Source: Alphaproteobacteria bacterium (GTDB lineage: Bacteria > Pseudomonadota > Alphaproteobacteria > UBA828). Taken from it: DNA of 64,000 nucleotides. The notes beneath the pieces were generated by a model. The model was not told where the DNA came from. It worked only from the letters and a program-made list of their open reading frames with translations, and did no database searches. Positions 28,701 through 40,768 of this stretch are shown here, piece by piece. The stretch lies in the NCBI GenBank assembly GCA_965214705.1, contig CBDCCI010000002.1, positions 2,144,001-2,208,000 of the forward strand, in the 5' to 3' direction. A program made the translations under genes and the position numbers. Position 1 is the first letter of the stretch. The number at the start of each line of letters is the position of its first letter.

Positions 28701-28765
28701 TTTTCCACAGGTTCTCCACAGGCATTTGACAGCGTTATCCACAGCTTATCGACAGCTTCTCCACT
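28701..28765 (+). promoter_or_regulatory. Array of six co-oriented DnaA-box-like 9-mers at 11-12 bp spacing
   Basis: TTTTCCACA, TTCTCCACA, CATTTGACA, TTATCCACA (perfect), TTATCGACA, TTCTCCACT starting at 28701, 28712, 28723, 28735, 28746, 28757. Confidence 0.75.
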
Positions 28766-28786
28766 AAGGACAGAGGAACGCGAGGA

Positions 28787-30886
28787 ATGAGCGGCGCGAG
28801 CTTGGAGCGCGAGGGCGCGGTCGGCGTCATCACCATCGACAACCCGCCGGTGAACGCGATGAGCCCCGGCATACCGGGCGCGATTCTGGACCGGCTGGCG
28901 GAAGCGCAAGCCGACAACGCGGTCGAGGCGGTGGTGCTGCGCTGCGCGGGCAAAGGCGGGCTCGCCGGCGCCGACATTCGCTCGTTCGGCAAACCGTGGC
29001 CCGAGGGCGAGCCGACGCTGCGCGACGTGATCCCGGCGATCGAGCGCTCCGCCAAACCGGTGATCGTCGCCCTCAACGGCTATTGCCTGGGCGGCGGTCT
29101 CGAGTTGGCGCTTTCCTGCCACTACCGGGTTGCCAGCCGGAAGACCGAGGTCGGCCAACCGGAGGTGCTGCTCGGCTTCCCGCCCGGCGCGGGCGGCACC
29201 CAGCGCCTGCCCCGGCTCGCCGGCGTGGAGACGGCGCTCGCGATGATCGTCGACGGCACACACGTCGCTGCCGAAGAGGCGGCCAACAGCGGGATCATCG
29301 ACCGGGTGATCGACGGCGACCTGCTCGAAGGCGCGCTCGCCTTCGCGTCGGAGCGCATCGCCGCCGGGCCGCCGCATTCGCTCGCCCGCGAGCGAGAGCC
29401 GGTGTTGAAGGACCCGGATGTCTTCGCGGCCACGCGCAAGCGCCTTGAACGGCGGGCGCGCGGCCAGCGGGCCCCGATTGCATGCCTGGAGTGCGTCGAA
29501 TCGGCGCTGACGCTCCCCTTCGACGAGGGGGTCCGCAAGGAGCGCGAGACCTTCGAGGAATGCATGGCCTCGCCGGAATCGACGGCGCTGCGCCACGTGT
29601 TCTTCGCCGAGCGGGCCGTGCGCAAGGTGCCGGGCATCGGCAAGGACACGCCGGCCCGGACCGTCCAGCGCGCCGCCATCATCGGCGCCGGCACCATGGG
29701 CAGAGGCATCGCGACCTGCTTCGCCAACGCCGGAATCCCGGTGCGCCTTATGGATTCCGACTCCGAGGCGCTCGAACGCGCACTAGCTGCGATCCGCAGC
29801 GACTACGAGCGTCGAGTCTCGCGCGGCCGCCTCGGCGAAGCGGACGCCGAGGCCCGCGTCAAGCTGATCGAGCCGATCGAATCGCTGGAAGGAGTGGGCG
29901 GCGCCGATCTCGTCATCGAGGCGGTGTTCGAAGAGATGCCGCTGAAGGAAGACGTGTTCCTGGCCCTCGATTCGGCGTGCGACGAGGGGGCGATCATCGC
30001 CTCCAACACCTCCTATCTGGACGTCAACCACCTGGCCGACATCGTGCCCCGCCGCAAGGGCAACGTGCTCGGCATGCACTTCTTCAGTCCGGCGCAGGTG
30101 ATGCGGCTCCTGGAGGTCGTGCGCACCGATTCGGCCTCGCCCGAAACGCTGACAACGGTGCTCGCGCTCGGCCGGCAACTCGGCAAGATTGCGGTCGTGG
30201 CGGGCGTCTGCCACGGCTTCATCGGCAACCGCATGCTGGAAGGCTACACGCGGCAGGTGCGCTTCTTGCTGGAGGAAGGCGCGAGCCCGACCGAGATCGA
30301 CGCCGCACTCACCGGCTTCGGCATGGCGATGGGGCCCTGCGCCGTCGCCGATCTCGCCGGCCTCGACGTGAGCTGGCGCAAGCGCAAGGCCGACGCGCAT
30401 CTGCGCGATCCCTCCAAGCGCTATTCGGCGGTGGCCGACCGGCTGTGCGAGCGCGGCCGATTCGGCCAGAAGACCGGCGCCGGCTACTACCGCTACGAGC
30501 CCGGCAGCCGTACGCCCGTGCCGGACCCGGAGGTCGATGCGCTGATTGCCGAGGTCGCGGCGGAAAGCGGTATCGAGCGCCGCGCCATCGGCGCGGACGA
30601 GATCGTCCAGCGCTGCCTCTATCACCTGGTGAATGAGGGCGCGCGCGTGCTGGAAGACGGCATCGCGCTCCGCGGCAGCGACATCGACATCGTGTGGATC
30701 AACGGCTACGGCTTTCCACGCTGGCGGGGCGGCGTGATGCATTGGGCCGACCACGTCGGCCTCGCCGCCATTCACGCCACCATCTCGGGCTTCAACCAGA
30801 GCCAGGATTACTGGGAGCCGGCGCCGCTGCTCGGCCGGCTTGCGGCGGAAGGCAGGAGCTTCGCCGACTTCGATCGTGCGGCGTAA
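28787..30886 (+). CDS. Enoyl-CoA hydratase / 3-hydroxyacyl-CoA dehydrogenase (FadB/PimF-like)
   Basis: DNPPVNA, AGADI, LGGGLELAL, GAGTMGRGI, IEAVFE, ASNTS, GMHFFSPA, GFIGNRM. Confidence 0.93.
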   Translation: MSGASLEREGAVGVITIDNPPVNAMSPGIPGAILDRLAEAQADNAVEAVVLRCAGKGGLAGADIRSFGKPWPEGEPTLRDVIPAIERSAKPVIVALNGYCLGGGLELALSCHYRVASRKTEVGQPEVLLGFPPGAGGTQRLPRLAGVETALAMIVDGTHVAAEEAANSGIIDRVIDGDLLEGALAFASERIAAGPPHSLAREREPVLKDPDVFAATRKRLERRARGQRAPIACLECVESALTLPFDEGVRKERETFEECMASPESTALRHVFFAERAVRKVPGIGKDTPARTVQRAAIIGAGTMGRGIATCFANAGIPVRLMDSDSEALERALAAIRSDYERRVSRGRLGEADAEARVKLIEPIESLEGVGGADLVIEAVFEEMPLKEDVFLALDSACDEGAIIASNTSYLDVNHLADIVPRRKGNVLGMHFFSPAQVMRLLEVVRTDSASPETLTTVLALGRQLGKIAVVAGVCHGFIGNRMLEGYTRQVRFLLEEGASPTEIDAALTGFGMAMGPCAVADLAGLDVSWRKRKADAHLRDPSKRYSAVADRLCERGRFGQKTGAGYYRYEPGSRTPVPDPEVDALIAEVAAESGIERRAIGADEIVQRCLYHLVNEGARVLEDGIALRGSDIDIVWINGYGFPRWRGGVMHWADHVGLAAIHATISGFNQSQDYWEPAPLLGRLAAEGRSFADFDRAA

Positions 30887-30907
30887 GAAGCGCCGCCGGC
30901 ACCCGGC

Positions 30908-32062
30908 TCAGGCCGCAGGCATACTTGCCGCGTCGGCGCCGACACCCCGCCGTCGCAAGCGTGGCACGCTCGCCGACTTGAGCTGGCCGCATGCCGCCTG
31001 GATGTCGCGGCCGCGCGGTGCGCGCACCGGGGCGGCGTAGCCGGCCCGGTTGACGATCGCGGCGAACCTTTCGATGGCCTCCGGCGACGAGCACTCGTAG
31101 GGCGCGCCCGGCCAGGGATTGAAGGGGATCAGGTTCAGCTTGGCGGGAATGCCGGCGATCAGGCGCACCAGGTCGCGGGCTTCGGCCTCGGAATCGTTCA
31201 CGCCCTTCAGCATCACGTATTCGAAGGTGATGCGCCGCGCGTTGCTGGCGCCGGGGTAGCGGCGGCAGGCGTCGAGCAGCACCGCAATCGGGTATTTGCG
31301 GTTAATCGGGACCAGCTCGTCGCGCAAGTCGTCGCGAACGGCATGAAGCGAGACCGCGAGGCCGACGCCGAGCTCCGCTCCGCAGCGCTCGATCATCGGC
31401 ACCACGCCGGCGGTGGAGAGCGTGATTCGCCGGCGCGAGAGCGCGATCCCCTCGGGGTCCATGACGATGCGCAGCGCCTTTGCGACATTCTCGTAATTGA
31501 ACAGGGGCTCGCCCATGCCCATCATCACGATGTTCGAGAGCAGGCGCGGGCCCCGCGGCGAGGGCCATTCGCCGTAGGCATCGCGGGCCGTGAGGAACTG
31601 CGCGACGATCTCGCCGGCGTCCAGATTCCGCACCATGCGCTGGGTGCCGGTGTGGCAGAAGGTGCACGACAGCGTGCATCCCACCTGGGAAGAGATGCAG
31701 AGCGCGCCGCGATCCTCCTCCGGGATGTAGACGGTCTCCACCTCGCGGCCGTCGGCGAAGCGCAGCAGCCACTTCCGGGTGCCGTCGGACGCGCGTTGCT
31801 CCGTCGCCACTTCAGGCCGCGCCAGGGTATAGCGCTCGGCGAGCGCAGCCCGCAGCGCGCCGCTTATGGTCGTCATCGCGCCGAACTCGACGGCGCCCCG
31901 GTGGTAGATCCAGTGCCAGAGCTGCTTGGCCCGCATGCGCAGGCGGTCTTCCGGCACCCCGACGGCCTGCAGGCGCTCGCCAAGCTCGTCCCGCGTGAGC
32001 CCGATCAGGCTCTCGCGCTCGGCCGCCGAAGCGCTCAGTTCGTTCGTTGAGTGGTCGTCCAT
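30908..32062 (-). CDS. rlmN: 23S rRNA/tRNA m2A methyltransferase (radical SAM)
   Basis: [51 protein letters not shown]; start may instead be GTG 32104. Confidence 0.95.
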   Translation of the reverse strand: MDDHSTNELSASAAERESLIGLTRDELGERLQAVGVPEDRLRMRAKQLWHWIYHRGAVEFGAMTTISGALRAALAERYTLARPEVATEQRASDGTRKWLLRFADGREVETVYIPEEDRGALCISSQVGCTLSCTFCHTGTQRMVRNLDAGEIVAQFLTARDAYGEWPSPRGPRLLSNIVMMGMGEPLFNYENVAKALRIVMDPEGIALSRRRITLSTAGVVPMIERCGAELGVGLAVSLHAVRDDLRDELVPINRKYPIAVLLDACRRYPGASNARRITFEYVMLKGVNDSEAEARDLVRLIAGIPAKLNLIPFNPWPGAPYECSSPEAIERFAAIVNRAGYAAPVRAPRGRDIQAACGQLKSASVPRLRRRGVGADAASMPAA

Positions 32063-32094
32063 AACGGGCCCGGAGCCCGTCGCGGAACTATCCG

Positions 32095-32631
32095 CTACGG
32101 GCACGCCCTGACGATGGCGTCGTGGATCTTGGTAAAGCCGATCAGGGAGTAGCTGTCTTCGGAAAAGGTGTTCTTGAGAGACACCCCGCGCACCTTCATC
32201 TCGCGGCCGCGTATCATGGCCTTGACGACCGTGGCGTCCGCCTCTTCGTCACTCACCCAGGCGTGCTCTCCATGGGTCAGGTCGAAGCTGAATTGGCGGC
32301 CGTCGATGGTCACCTTCACGACCTTTCCCTCCGGATAGGGATAGCCCGAGGTCACGCTGACTTCCTCGGTCGTCCTCGCCGCCTGGCGGCGGGTCACCAT
32401 GACGTTGGGCGCGCCGCGCCGCTTGTAATTGCCCTTGGACTTCGCCGGTTTGGCATGCATGTAGCAGACCTTATTACCGTCCCGGACGTAGCTGTGCGCC
32501 TTCCAATTTGCGTTCTCGGCCAAGGGCTCAGGCTTCACCTGCGCGTCCGCCCCCTGGGGGCCGGCGAGCAGTGAAACACACAGAACGGCGGAAAACAGGA
32601 GCGCCGGCGTCGCGGCGATGCGTCGGTTCAT
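32095..32631 (-). CDS. Invasion-associated locus B (IalB) family periplasmic protein
   Basis: Signal peptide, W..Y.....[21 protein letters not shown]...C; typical rlmN neighbour in Alphaproteobacteria. Confidence 0.75.
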   Translation of the reverse strand: MNRRIAATPALLFSAVLCVSLLAGPQGADAQVKPEPLAENANWKAHSYVRDGNKVCYMHAKPAKSKGNYKRRGAPNVMVTRRQAARTTEEVSVTSGYPYPEGKVVKVTIDGRQFSFDLTHGEHAWVSDEEADATVVKAMIRGREMKVRGVSLKNTFSEDSYSLIGFTKIHDAIVRACP

Positions 32632-32815
32632 GGCCTTTGGAAGCTTATGGGCGACGGCGGCGCAGCATAACCAAAATGATGCCGGGCCGCCAGTACCTCT
32701 CCCGCCGGTTCGAATCACGATTTCGACGCCGGCTGCCCAACGTGCTTTGCGCCCTCCTTCGACACTCGGGCACCAAGCAGTTTACGACGGGCCCGGCGCA
32801 GGCCATATAGAGAGC

Positions 32816-33379
32816 ATGGCGATACTCAAGATCGCGCGCATGGGCCACCCCGTACTGAGCCGCGCCGCGTTGCCGGTGGCCGACCCGACCGCACCGGCGA
32901 TCGCGCGACTGATCGAGGACATGATGGAGACGTTGGAGGACGCAAACGGGGCCGGCCTCGCGGCGCCCCAGGTCCACATGCCGCTGCGACTCGTGCTCTT
33001 CCGCGTGCCGCCCGGCCGCGAGACGGCGGAGGAAGAGAGCGCGGACGGCGAGCCAGCGCCTTCGTCGGAGCTCGAGTCGCCGACGGTTCTCATCAACCCA
33101 GCAATCGAGCCGATCGGCGAGCGCATGGTGGAGGACCTGGAAGCCTGCCTCTCTCTCCCCGGCCTCGCCGGCATCGTGCCGCGCTACAACCACATTCTCT
33201 ATCGCTGGACGGACACCGAAGGCCGCAGCCACGAATGCGAAGCGCGGGGCTTCCATGCGCGCGTGGTGCAGCATGAGTGCGACCACCTGGACGGTATCCT
33301 TTATCCGATGCGGATGACCGACCTCTCGACCCTCACCTTCACGAGCGAGCTCGGCCGCCCGGCGGCCGTGGAAGCCTGA
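32816..33379 (+). CDS. def: Peptide deformylase
   Basis: GAGLAAPQV, EACLSLPG, QHECDHLDG. Confidence 0.95.
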   Translation: MAILKIARMGHPVLSRAALPVADPTAPAIARLIEDMMETLEDANGAGLAAPQVHMPLRLVLFRVPPGRETAEEESADGEPAPSSELESPTVLINPAIEPIGERMVEDLEACLSLPGLAGIVPRYNHILYRWTDTEGRSHECEARGFHARVVQHECDHLDGILYPMRMTDLSTLTFTSELGRPAAVEA

Positions 33380-33382
33380 GCC

Positions 33383-34072
33383 ATGTGGCGAGCGCTGCCT
33401 GCGGACGAGACCCGCGACCGGCTGCTGGTCGCGGTTCTCCCCCACGTGCCCTTCGACGGCTGGTCCGAGAAGGCGCTGGCTGCGGCAGCGGCGGAGCTCG
33501 GTATCGAGACCGAAGAGGCGCACCAGGCCTTTCCCGGCGGGGCCGTAGCGCTCGTCACCTACCACGCGGGCTACGCCGACCGGCGCATGGAAGAGGCGCT
33601 GAAAGAGTCCGATCTGACGGAGATGCGGCTGCGGGAGCGCATCGCCCATGCCGTGCGTCTCAGGCTCGAGCAGAACGTGGCACACCGCGAGGCGATCCGC
33701 GCGGCGTTGCCGATCCTGGCCCAGCCCGCCAACGGCCCGCACGCGCTCGCGTCCCTCTACCGCACCGTGGACACGGTCTGGTTCGCAGTCGGCGACAAGT
33801 CGACGGATTTCGGCTTCTACACCAAGCGCGCCCTGCTCGCCGGCGTCTACCTCTCCACCCTGCTCTACTGGCTGAACGACGGCTCCGAGGATACGCAAGC
33901 GACCTGGGGCTTCCTCGACCGCCGTATCGCAGACGTCATGCGCATCCAGACGGCTCGGGGGCAATTCGCCCGCTTCCGCCCACCCGGCTTCGGGCTACTG
34001 CGGCGCCTGCGCGAGGCGGCCCGCGCCGCCGCGAATCCCATGCAGACGGGCGGCCCACAGAGCCCGTCGTAG
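33383..34072 (+). CDS. COQ9 family ubiquinone biosynthesis protein
   Basis: HVPFDGWS, FPGG, W...GDKSTDFGFYTKRALL, FLDRRIADVM. Confidence 0.88.
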   Translation: MWRALPADETRDRLLVAVLPHVPFDGWSEKALAAAAAELGIETEEAHQAFPGGAVALVTYHAGYADRRMEEALKESDLTEMRLRERIAHAVRLRLEQNVAHREAIRAALPILAQPANGPHALASLYRTVDTVWFAVGDKSTDFGFYTKRALLAGVYLSTLLYWLNDGSEDTQATWGFLDRRIADVMRIQTARGQFARFRPPGFGLLRRLREAARAAANPMQTGGPQSPS

Positions 34073-34100
34073 CACGCGGACCCGGCGTGATTGCCTGCTC

Positions 34101-35288
34101 CTACACAAGCAACTCGGCCAGCAGACTGTTGAGCAGCGGCCGGCCGGCGGCGGTCGTGCGGAACCGCCCGCCCCGACGCTCCAGATAGCCGGCCTCGACG
34201 AGGCGTGTGAGGCCATCGCGGTCGATTACCCGGTCCGGCTCACAGCCGGTGCGCTGCCTGAGCCGGGATTCCGGCACCCCTTCGGCGAGCCTGAGTCCCA
34301 TCATCAGCATCTCGCGCGCCTGTTCATCGGGGGCGAGGGAGCGCGTCTCGGCGGTGCCGTGGCCGTCGCGCTCGACGGCGGCAAGCCAGGCTTCGGGAGC
34401 GGCGTGTTGGCGCGTCGCCTGCCGCCCCTCCCCTGCCGGCGCGATACGGCCGTGGGCGCCCGGCCCGATGCCCACGTAGTCGTCGTAGCGCCAGTAGGCG
34501 AGGTTGTGGCGGCAGGCATCGCCGCCGCGCGCATGGTTCGAGACCTCGTAGGCCGCAAAGCCGGCGGCCTCCATGATCTCCTGGGTCAAGTCGTACAGAG
34601 CGCGGCCGGTATCGTCGTCGGGCACCGCGAACGCGCCTTCGCGCGCCTGCCGCCAGAACGGCGTGCCCTTCTCGATGGTGAGCTGGTAGAGCGAGAGGTG
34701 ATTGTCGGCGAACGACATCGCCTCCGACAGCTCGTCGCGCCAGGCCCCCACAGTCTGGCCGGGCCTCGCGTAGATCAGATCGAAAGAGCTGCGCGGCATG
34801 ATGCGCTGCGCCAGTGCCACCGCTTGGCGCGCCTCCGCCGCGTCGTGTCCGCGCCCGAGGAAGTTGAGAGCGTCGTCGTCCAGCGCCTGCACGCCCAGCG
34901 AGACCCGGTTGATGCCGGCCGTGCGGAAGTCCTCGAGCCGCGCCGCCTCGGTCGAGGTCGGATTGGCTTCGAGGGTGATCTCCACGTCCGCTGTGGGGAT
35001 CCAATGCGCCGCCGCCCGGTCGATGACGGCGGCTGCGGTCGCGGGCGGCATCAGCGAGGGCGTGCCCCCACCGAAGAAGATGCTGTTGACCGTCGCCCGC
35101 GGCAGCAGCGCCGCGAAGTGGTCGAGCTCGCGCAGTAGCGCGCCCCGCCATCTGGCCTGATCCACGCTCTCCTTGACGTGGCTGTTGAAGTCGCAATAGG
35201 GGCACTTGGAGAGGCAGAACGGCCAGTGGACGTAGAGAGCGAGCGCCTGTTGCGCTCCGGCAGAAGACGGCTCGGGCTCGCCGCTCAC
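34101..35288 (-). CDS. hemW: Radical SAM heme chaperone (HemN-like)
   Basis: [53 protein letters not shown]. Confidence 0.92.
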   Translation of the reverse strand: MSGEPEPSSAGAQQALALYVHWPFCLSKCPYCDFNSHVKESVDQARWRGALLRELDHFAALLPRATVNSIFFGGGTPSLMPPATAAAVIDRAAAHWIPTADVEITLEANPTSTEAARLEDFRTAGINRVSLGVQALDDDALNFLGRGHDAAEARQAVALAQRIMPRSSFDLIYARPGQTVGAWRDELSEAMSFADNHLSLYQLTIEKGTPFWRQAREGAFAVPDDDTGRALYDLTQEIMEAAGFAAYEVSNHARGGDACRHNLAYWRYDDYVGIGPGAHGRIAPAGEGRQATRQHAAPEAWLAAVERDGHGTAETRSLAPDEQAREMLMMGLRLAEGVPESRLRQRTGCEPDRVIDRDGLTRLVEAGYLERRGGRFRTTAAGRPLLNSLLAELLV

Positions 35289-35899
35289 GGCCGAGGCGGC
35301 AGATAAGCCGCGAGTTGCTCGAAGGCCCGCGCCCGATGGGTCAGCGGCTGCTTCTCTTCCGGCGGCATTTCGCCGAAGCTGCGTCCGTGGCCGTCGGGGA
35401 CGAAGATCGGATCATAACCAAACCCGTGCCCACCGCGCGGCGGAAACGTGAGTATTCCATTCACGCGGCCCTCGACGGTCTCGCAGTGACCGTCCGGCCA
35501 GCCGAGGGAGAGCGCGCAGACGAAATAGGCCGCTGCGCCGATGGTCTCACGCCCCCGCGCCGCAAGCTCCGCCTCGATCCGGTCCATCGCCACGCGAAAA
35601 TCCTTCCCCGGCCCCGCCCAGCGGGCGGAATAGATGCCGGGGGCGCCGTCGAGCGCCGGCACCACGAGGCCGGAATCGTCGGCGAGCGCAGGCTCGCCGC
35701 TCGCCTCGGCCGCTGCGCGGGCCTTGAGGGCCGCGTTGGCGATGAACGTGTCGCCGGTCTCCTCCGGCTCCGCGAGGCCCAGCGCCGAGGCGCCCACCGC
35801 CTCGATGCCGAGGGGGTCCAGCAGCGCTGCGATCTCGCGCACCTTGCCGGCGTTATGGCTCGCCACGATCAGGCGCGCCGCCGTGAGACGACGGGCCAT
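35285..35899 (-). CDS. rdgB: dITP/XTP pyrophosphatase
   Basis: [45 protein letters not shown]. Confidence 0.95.
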   Translation of the reverse strand: MARRLTAARLIVASHNAGKVREIAALLDPLGIEAVGASALGLAEPEETGDTFIANAALKARAAAEASGEPALADDSGLVVPALDGAPGIYSARWAGPGKDFRVAMDRIEAELAARGRETIGAAAYFVCALSLGWPDGHCETVEGRVNGILTFPPRGGHGFGYDPIFVPDGHGRSFGEMPPEEKQPLTHRARAFEQLAAYLPPRP

Positions 35900-35904
35900 G
35901 CCGT

Positions 35905-36627
<723 letters not shown>

Positions 36628-36761
36628 GAAGGGCCCTCCCCCGCTGGCGGCGCGACACTATCGCGGGGCCCTAAGAGCGTCCACCCCCGCCCCGCTCGCG
36701 CGGGCGGTAAGGCTGCAGAGCCTGTAGACTTGGCACCTCGTTCGCGCCGCGGAGCCCCGCC

Positions 36762-39700
36762 ATGCCTTACCGCATCGCCGTCGACACTGGCGGCACCTTT
36801 ACCGATGTCGTCGTCGCAGCACCCGGCGGCGCGCTCACCGTCGGCAAGGCGCCGTCCACGCCCTTGCGTAGCGCGGACGGGGTCAAGGCGGGCCTCGCCG
36901 ATGCGGCACGGAGCATGGGCATCCCGGTCGAAGCACTGATCGGGGAGGCGGACGTTCTGATCTACGGCACGACCTGGGCGACCAACGCGATCGTCACCGG
37001 GACCACCGCGAAGACCGCCCTTCTGGTGACCGAGGGCTTTCCCGACATCCTGGTCTATCGCCAGGGCGGCAAGCTGCACCCTTTCGAGCTCCACATCGAC
37101 CCGCTCAAGCCCTACGTGCCGCGCCGGCTCACCGCCGAGATCCCCGAGCGGGTGACGGCCGAAGGCGAGGTGGAACGCGCACTGGATGAGGACGCTGCGC
37201 GCGCAGCGCTGACCCGGCTCGCCCGGCAGGGCGTGGAGGCGGTTGCCGTCTGCCTGCTCTGGTCGATCAAGAACCCGACACACGAGGAGCGGTTGGGCGC
37301 CCTGATCGAGGAGACGATGCCGGGCGTCCCCTACACGCTCTCGCACCGGCTCAACCCGATCCTACGCGAGTACCCGCGCGCCTCCTCGGCTGCCATCGAC
37401 GCCTCGTTGAAGCCGCTGATGCAGCGCCATCTACGGGCGCTCCGCGATGACCTCGGCGCCGCCGGGTTTGCCGGCGAGCTCCTGGTCAGCACGGTCTCTG
37501 GCGGCCTGATGCACGTGGAGGATGTCGCCGACCGTCCAATCTTCATGGTCAAGTCGGGCCCGGCGATGGCGCCGCTCGCCGGCATCGCCTACGCGGAGGC
37601 TGAGGGGCTCGGGCGCGACGTGCTGGTGGTCGATGCCGGCGGCACCACCTTTGACGTCAGTATGGTGCGCGACGGCGCGGTCAAATACACCCGCGAGACG
37701 TGGCTGGGCGGGCTCTTCTCCGGCCACAACCTCGGGCTCTCCTCGGTCGACGTGCGGAGCGTGGGTGCGGGCGGCGGCTCGATCGCCTGGATCGACCCCG
37801 GCGGGTTGATGCGCGTGGGGCCCGAGAGCGCCGGTGCCGACCCCGGCCCCGCCTGCTACGGCCGGGGCGGGAACGCGGCGACCGTGACCGACGCCGCCGT
37901 GGTGCTCGGCTACATCGACCCGGACGCCTTCCTCGGCGGGCGCATGAAACTCGACGTGGCCGCCGCCCGGTGCGCCGTGGACGCGCTGGCCGAGCAGCTC
38001 GACATGACGATCGAGGAGACAGCCTCGGCAATCCTCACCCTCGCCAGCGAGACCATGATCAAGGCGATCGAGGAAATCACGGTCAACGAGGGGGTCAATC
38101 CGCGCGAGAGCGTGCTCGTGGCGGGCGGCGGGGCCGCCGGCCTCAACATCCTGCCGATTGCCTCGGCGCTCGGCTGCGAACGGGTGCTACTGCCCAAGAC
38201 GGCGGGCGCGCTCAGCGCCTGCGGCGCGCAGTATTCCGACATCGTCGCCGAGTTCAGCGCGAGCCACTACGTCCGCACCGACCACTGGGACGAAGCGGCG
38301 GTCAACGAAACCCTCGGCGATATCGACGCGCGCATGGAGGCGTTCGCCGACGGCTTGCGGACGCGGGGTATCGCGCGCTTCCGCAAAGATCACTTCGTCG
38401 ACGCCCGCTACCTCAACCAGCAATGGGAAACCGAGATCGCGATGCCGGCCCCGCGCTTCGCGGGCCGCGGCGCCGTCAACGCGCTCATCGGGCATTTCCA
38501 CGAGGTGCACGAGCGGCTCTACGGCGTGAAGGAAGAGAACGGGCTGCTCGAATGCCTGAACTGGAAGGGCCGGCTCACGGCCTTCCTCGACCGGCCCCAG
38601 CCAGCAACGGCGGCAGAGGGCGGCGCTCGCAGCGGGCCGCCTGTACCACGCCGCACGACGCAGGCCTTCTTCGGCGACGCTGGATTCCTGGAGACGCCGG
38701 TCTTTGAGGGCGCGACGCTCGCGGCGGGCGATGCGATCGCCGGCCCCGCCATCATCGAGGAGCCGACCACCACGGTTGTGGTTTACCCCCGGACGCGGGC
38801 GCGGGTCTCGTCCGGCGCCAACTACGTTCTGGAACCGGCGGAAGAGACGGCACGGGCGCCGGCGGAGGGCGCGGAAGAGCTCGACCCGGTGCAGGTCGCG
38901 ATCATGGCCAACCGGATCGACGCGATCCTGCGCGAGATGACCGGCGTGGTGATGCGTACCGCGCGTTCGGCCGTGATCGGCCAGTCACGCGATTTCTCCT
39001 GCGCCATCGTGACGGCCGACAACGAGCTGCTTGCCGCTGCCGAGGGCATCCCTGCCCACATCTACGGCGCCCATCTGCAGACCAGGACCATGTGCCGGGT
39101 GCATCCGGACTTCCGCGAGGGCGACGCCTACCTCCACAACGACCCCTACGACGGCAACAGCCACGCCGCCGACTGGTCGATCATCGTGCCGGTCTTCTGC
39201 GACGGTGAGCACCTGTTCAACGTCACCGTGAAGGGCCATCAGGCCGACTGCGGCGACAGCATCCCCACCACCTACACGCCGCGCGCCCGCGATGTGTACG
39301 AGGAAGGCGCGCTGATCTTCCCCTGCGTGCGCGTGCAGCGCGACTTCCGCGACAATGAGGACATCGTGCGCATGTGCCGCCGGCGCATCCGGGTGCCGGA
39401 CCAGTGGTACGGCGACTATCTCTCGCAGCTCGGCGCGGCGCGCATTGGCGAGCGCCGACTCAAGGCCTTTGCTGCCAAGCATGGCGTGGATCAGATGCGG
39501 CGTTTCATCGAGGCCTGGTTCGACTATGCCGAGCGACGCGCCGATCACGCCATCCGCAGGCTGCCCAGGGGCACGTTGGTCAACAAGGGAATGCACGACC
39601 CGGTGCAGCCCTTCCTGCCCGAGAGCCTGGAGATCACGGTCAAGGTCGGGATCGACCCCGATGAAGGCCGCATCACCGTGGATCTCCGCGACAACCCGGA

Positions 39701-40685
39701 TTGCATCGACGCGGGCCTCAACCTCACCGAGGCTTGCGCGACCGCCAACTGCATCCAGGGCGTGTTCGAGAACCTGGAGTCCGATATCCCGCCCAACGCC
39801 GGCAGCTTCCGCCGCCTCGAGGTCAAGCTGCGCGAGGGCTGCGTCGTGGGCATCCCGCGCTTCCCGCATAGCTGCTCGCTCGCCACCACCAACATGGCGG
39901 ACGTGGTGGTGAACCTGGTGCAATCGGCCTTCACCCAGCTCGGGGACGGCCACGGGCTCGCCCAGGGCAATCTCTGCTTTTCCGCCGGTATGGGCGTGGT
40001 CTCAGGCAGGGACTGGCGGCGCGGCGGGGCCGAGTACATCAACCAGGTGTATCTGATGGGCGGCGGCGGACCGGCGCTGCCCGAGCACGACGGCATGATC
40101 TACCTGCTGACGCCGGGGGGCTGCGGATTGCTGCATCGGGACAGCATCGAGTTCGACGAGCAGCGCTTTCCCATGCTGATTCGCTCGCAGCGGCTCCTCC
40201 CTGATTCGGGCGGCGCGGGGCGCAGGCGGGGTGGGCCTGCGACCGAGGTGATCTTCGGTCCGCGCCGCGACCAGATGACCGTGAGCATCATGGGCGGCGG
40301 GACGATCAACCCGCCCAGAGGCGTGCGCGGCGGCAGCGACGCCAACCACGCCTACCACGGCCACCTGCATGCCGACGGCTCCGAGGACTCGGTTCCGAAC
40401 GGCGTGATGCTGGCACTGGCGCCCGGCGAGTTCGTGCGCTCGGTGGATAACGGCGGCAGCGGCTATGGCGACCCGCTCACCCGCGAGACTGGGCGCGTGC
40501 TGGAAGACGTGGTCGAGGGCTACGTGACCCTAGACCATGCGGAGGCGGTGTATGGCGTGAGGCTCACCGGGCGAGCGGAAGAGGGCACGCTCGCCGTCGA
40601 CGAGTCCGGCACCGCGGAGCACCGCGCCGCATTGGCCGGCGGCGCGGTGCCGCCGCGTAGCGTCAGCCGGTTCGGGCAAGGGTAG
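36762..40685 (+). CDS. Fused hydantoinase/oxoprolinase A+B (ATP-dependent amidohydrolase)
   Basis: DTGGTFTD, SGPAMA, DAGGTTFD, GAGGGS, SAGADPGPACY (A half); SRDFSCA, NDPY.GNSH..D, DSGGAG..RGG, GGSGYGDP (B half). Confidence 0.92.
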   Translation: MPYRIAVDTGGTFTDVVVAAPGGALTVGKAPSTPLRSADGVKAGLADAARSMGIPVEALIGEADVLIYGTTWATNAIVTGTTAKTALLVTEGFPDILVYRQGGKLHPFELHIDPLKPYVPRRLTAEIPERVTAEGEVERALDEDAARAALTRLARQGVEAVAVCLLWSIKNPTHEERLGALIEETMPGVPYTLSHRLNPILREYPRASSAAIDASLKPLMQRHLRALRDDLGAAGFAGELLVSTVSGGLMHVEDVADRPIFMVKSGPAMAPLAGIAYAEAEGLGRDVLVVDAGGTTFDVSMVRDGAVKYTRETWLGGLFSGHNLGLSSVDVRSVGAGGGSIAWIDPGGLMRVGPESAGADPGPACYGRGGNAATVTDAAVVLGYIDPDAFLGGRMKLDVAAARCAVDALAEQLDMTIEETASAILTLASETMIKAIEEITVNEGVNPRESVLVAGGGAAGLNILPIASALGCERVLLPKTAGALSACGAQYSDIVAEFSASHYVRTDHWDEAAVNETLGDIDARMEAFADGLRTRGIARFRKDHFVDARYLNQQWETEIAMPAPRFAGRGAVNALIGHFHEVHERLYGVKEENGLLECLNWKGRLTAFLDRPQPATAAEGGARSGPPVPRRTTQAFFGDAGFLETPVFEGATLAAGDAIAGPAIIEEPTTTVVVYPRTRARVSSGANYVLEPAEETARAPAEGAEELDPVQVAIMANRIDAILREMTGVVMRTARSAVIGQSRDFSCAIVTADNELLAAAEGIPAHIYGAHLQTRTMCRVHPDFREGDAYLHNDPYDGNSHAADWSIIVPVFCDGEHLFNVTVKGHQADCGDSIPTTYTPRARDVYEEGALIFPCVRVQRDFRDNEDIVRMCRRRIRVPDQWYGDYLSQLGAARIGERRLKAFAAKHGVDQMRRFIEAWFDYAERRADHAIRRLPRGTLVNKGMHDPVQPFLPESLEITVKVGIDPDEGRITVDLRDNPDCIDAGLNLTEACATANCIQGVFENLESDIPPNAGSFRRLEVKLREGCVVGIPRFPHSCSLATTNMADVVVNLVQSAFTQLGDGHGLAQGNLCFSAGMGVVSGRDWRRGGAEYINQVYLMGGGGPALPEHDGMIYLLTPGGCGLLHRDSIEFDEQRFPMLIRSQRLLPDSGGAGRRRGGPATEVIFGPRRDQMTVSIMGGGTINPPRGVRGGSDANHAYHGHLHADGSEDSVPNGVMLALAPGEFVRSVDNGGSGYGDPLTRETGRVLEDVVEGYVTLDHAEAVYGVRLTGRAEEGTLAVDESGTAEHRAALAGGAVPPRSVSRFGQG

Positions 40686-40768
40686 GCGCCCAGCCGTCCT
40701 CCATCGGCTTACGTTGTCTTGCCCGAACCAACTGGGTGGACATCTGCACTGTCGTTCTTGGCGGGAAT

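Noticed and set aside
28701-28765. CRISPR array or definitive oriC
   Set aside because: The 11-bp period has no spacers; there is no AT-rich unwinding element or dnaA/hemE neighbour to call oriC
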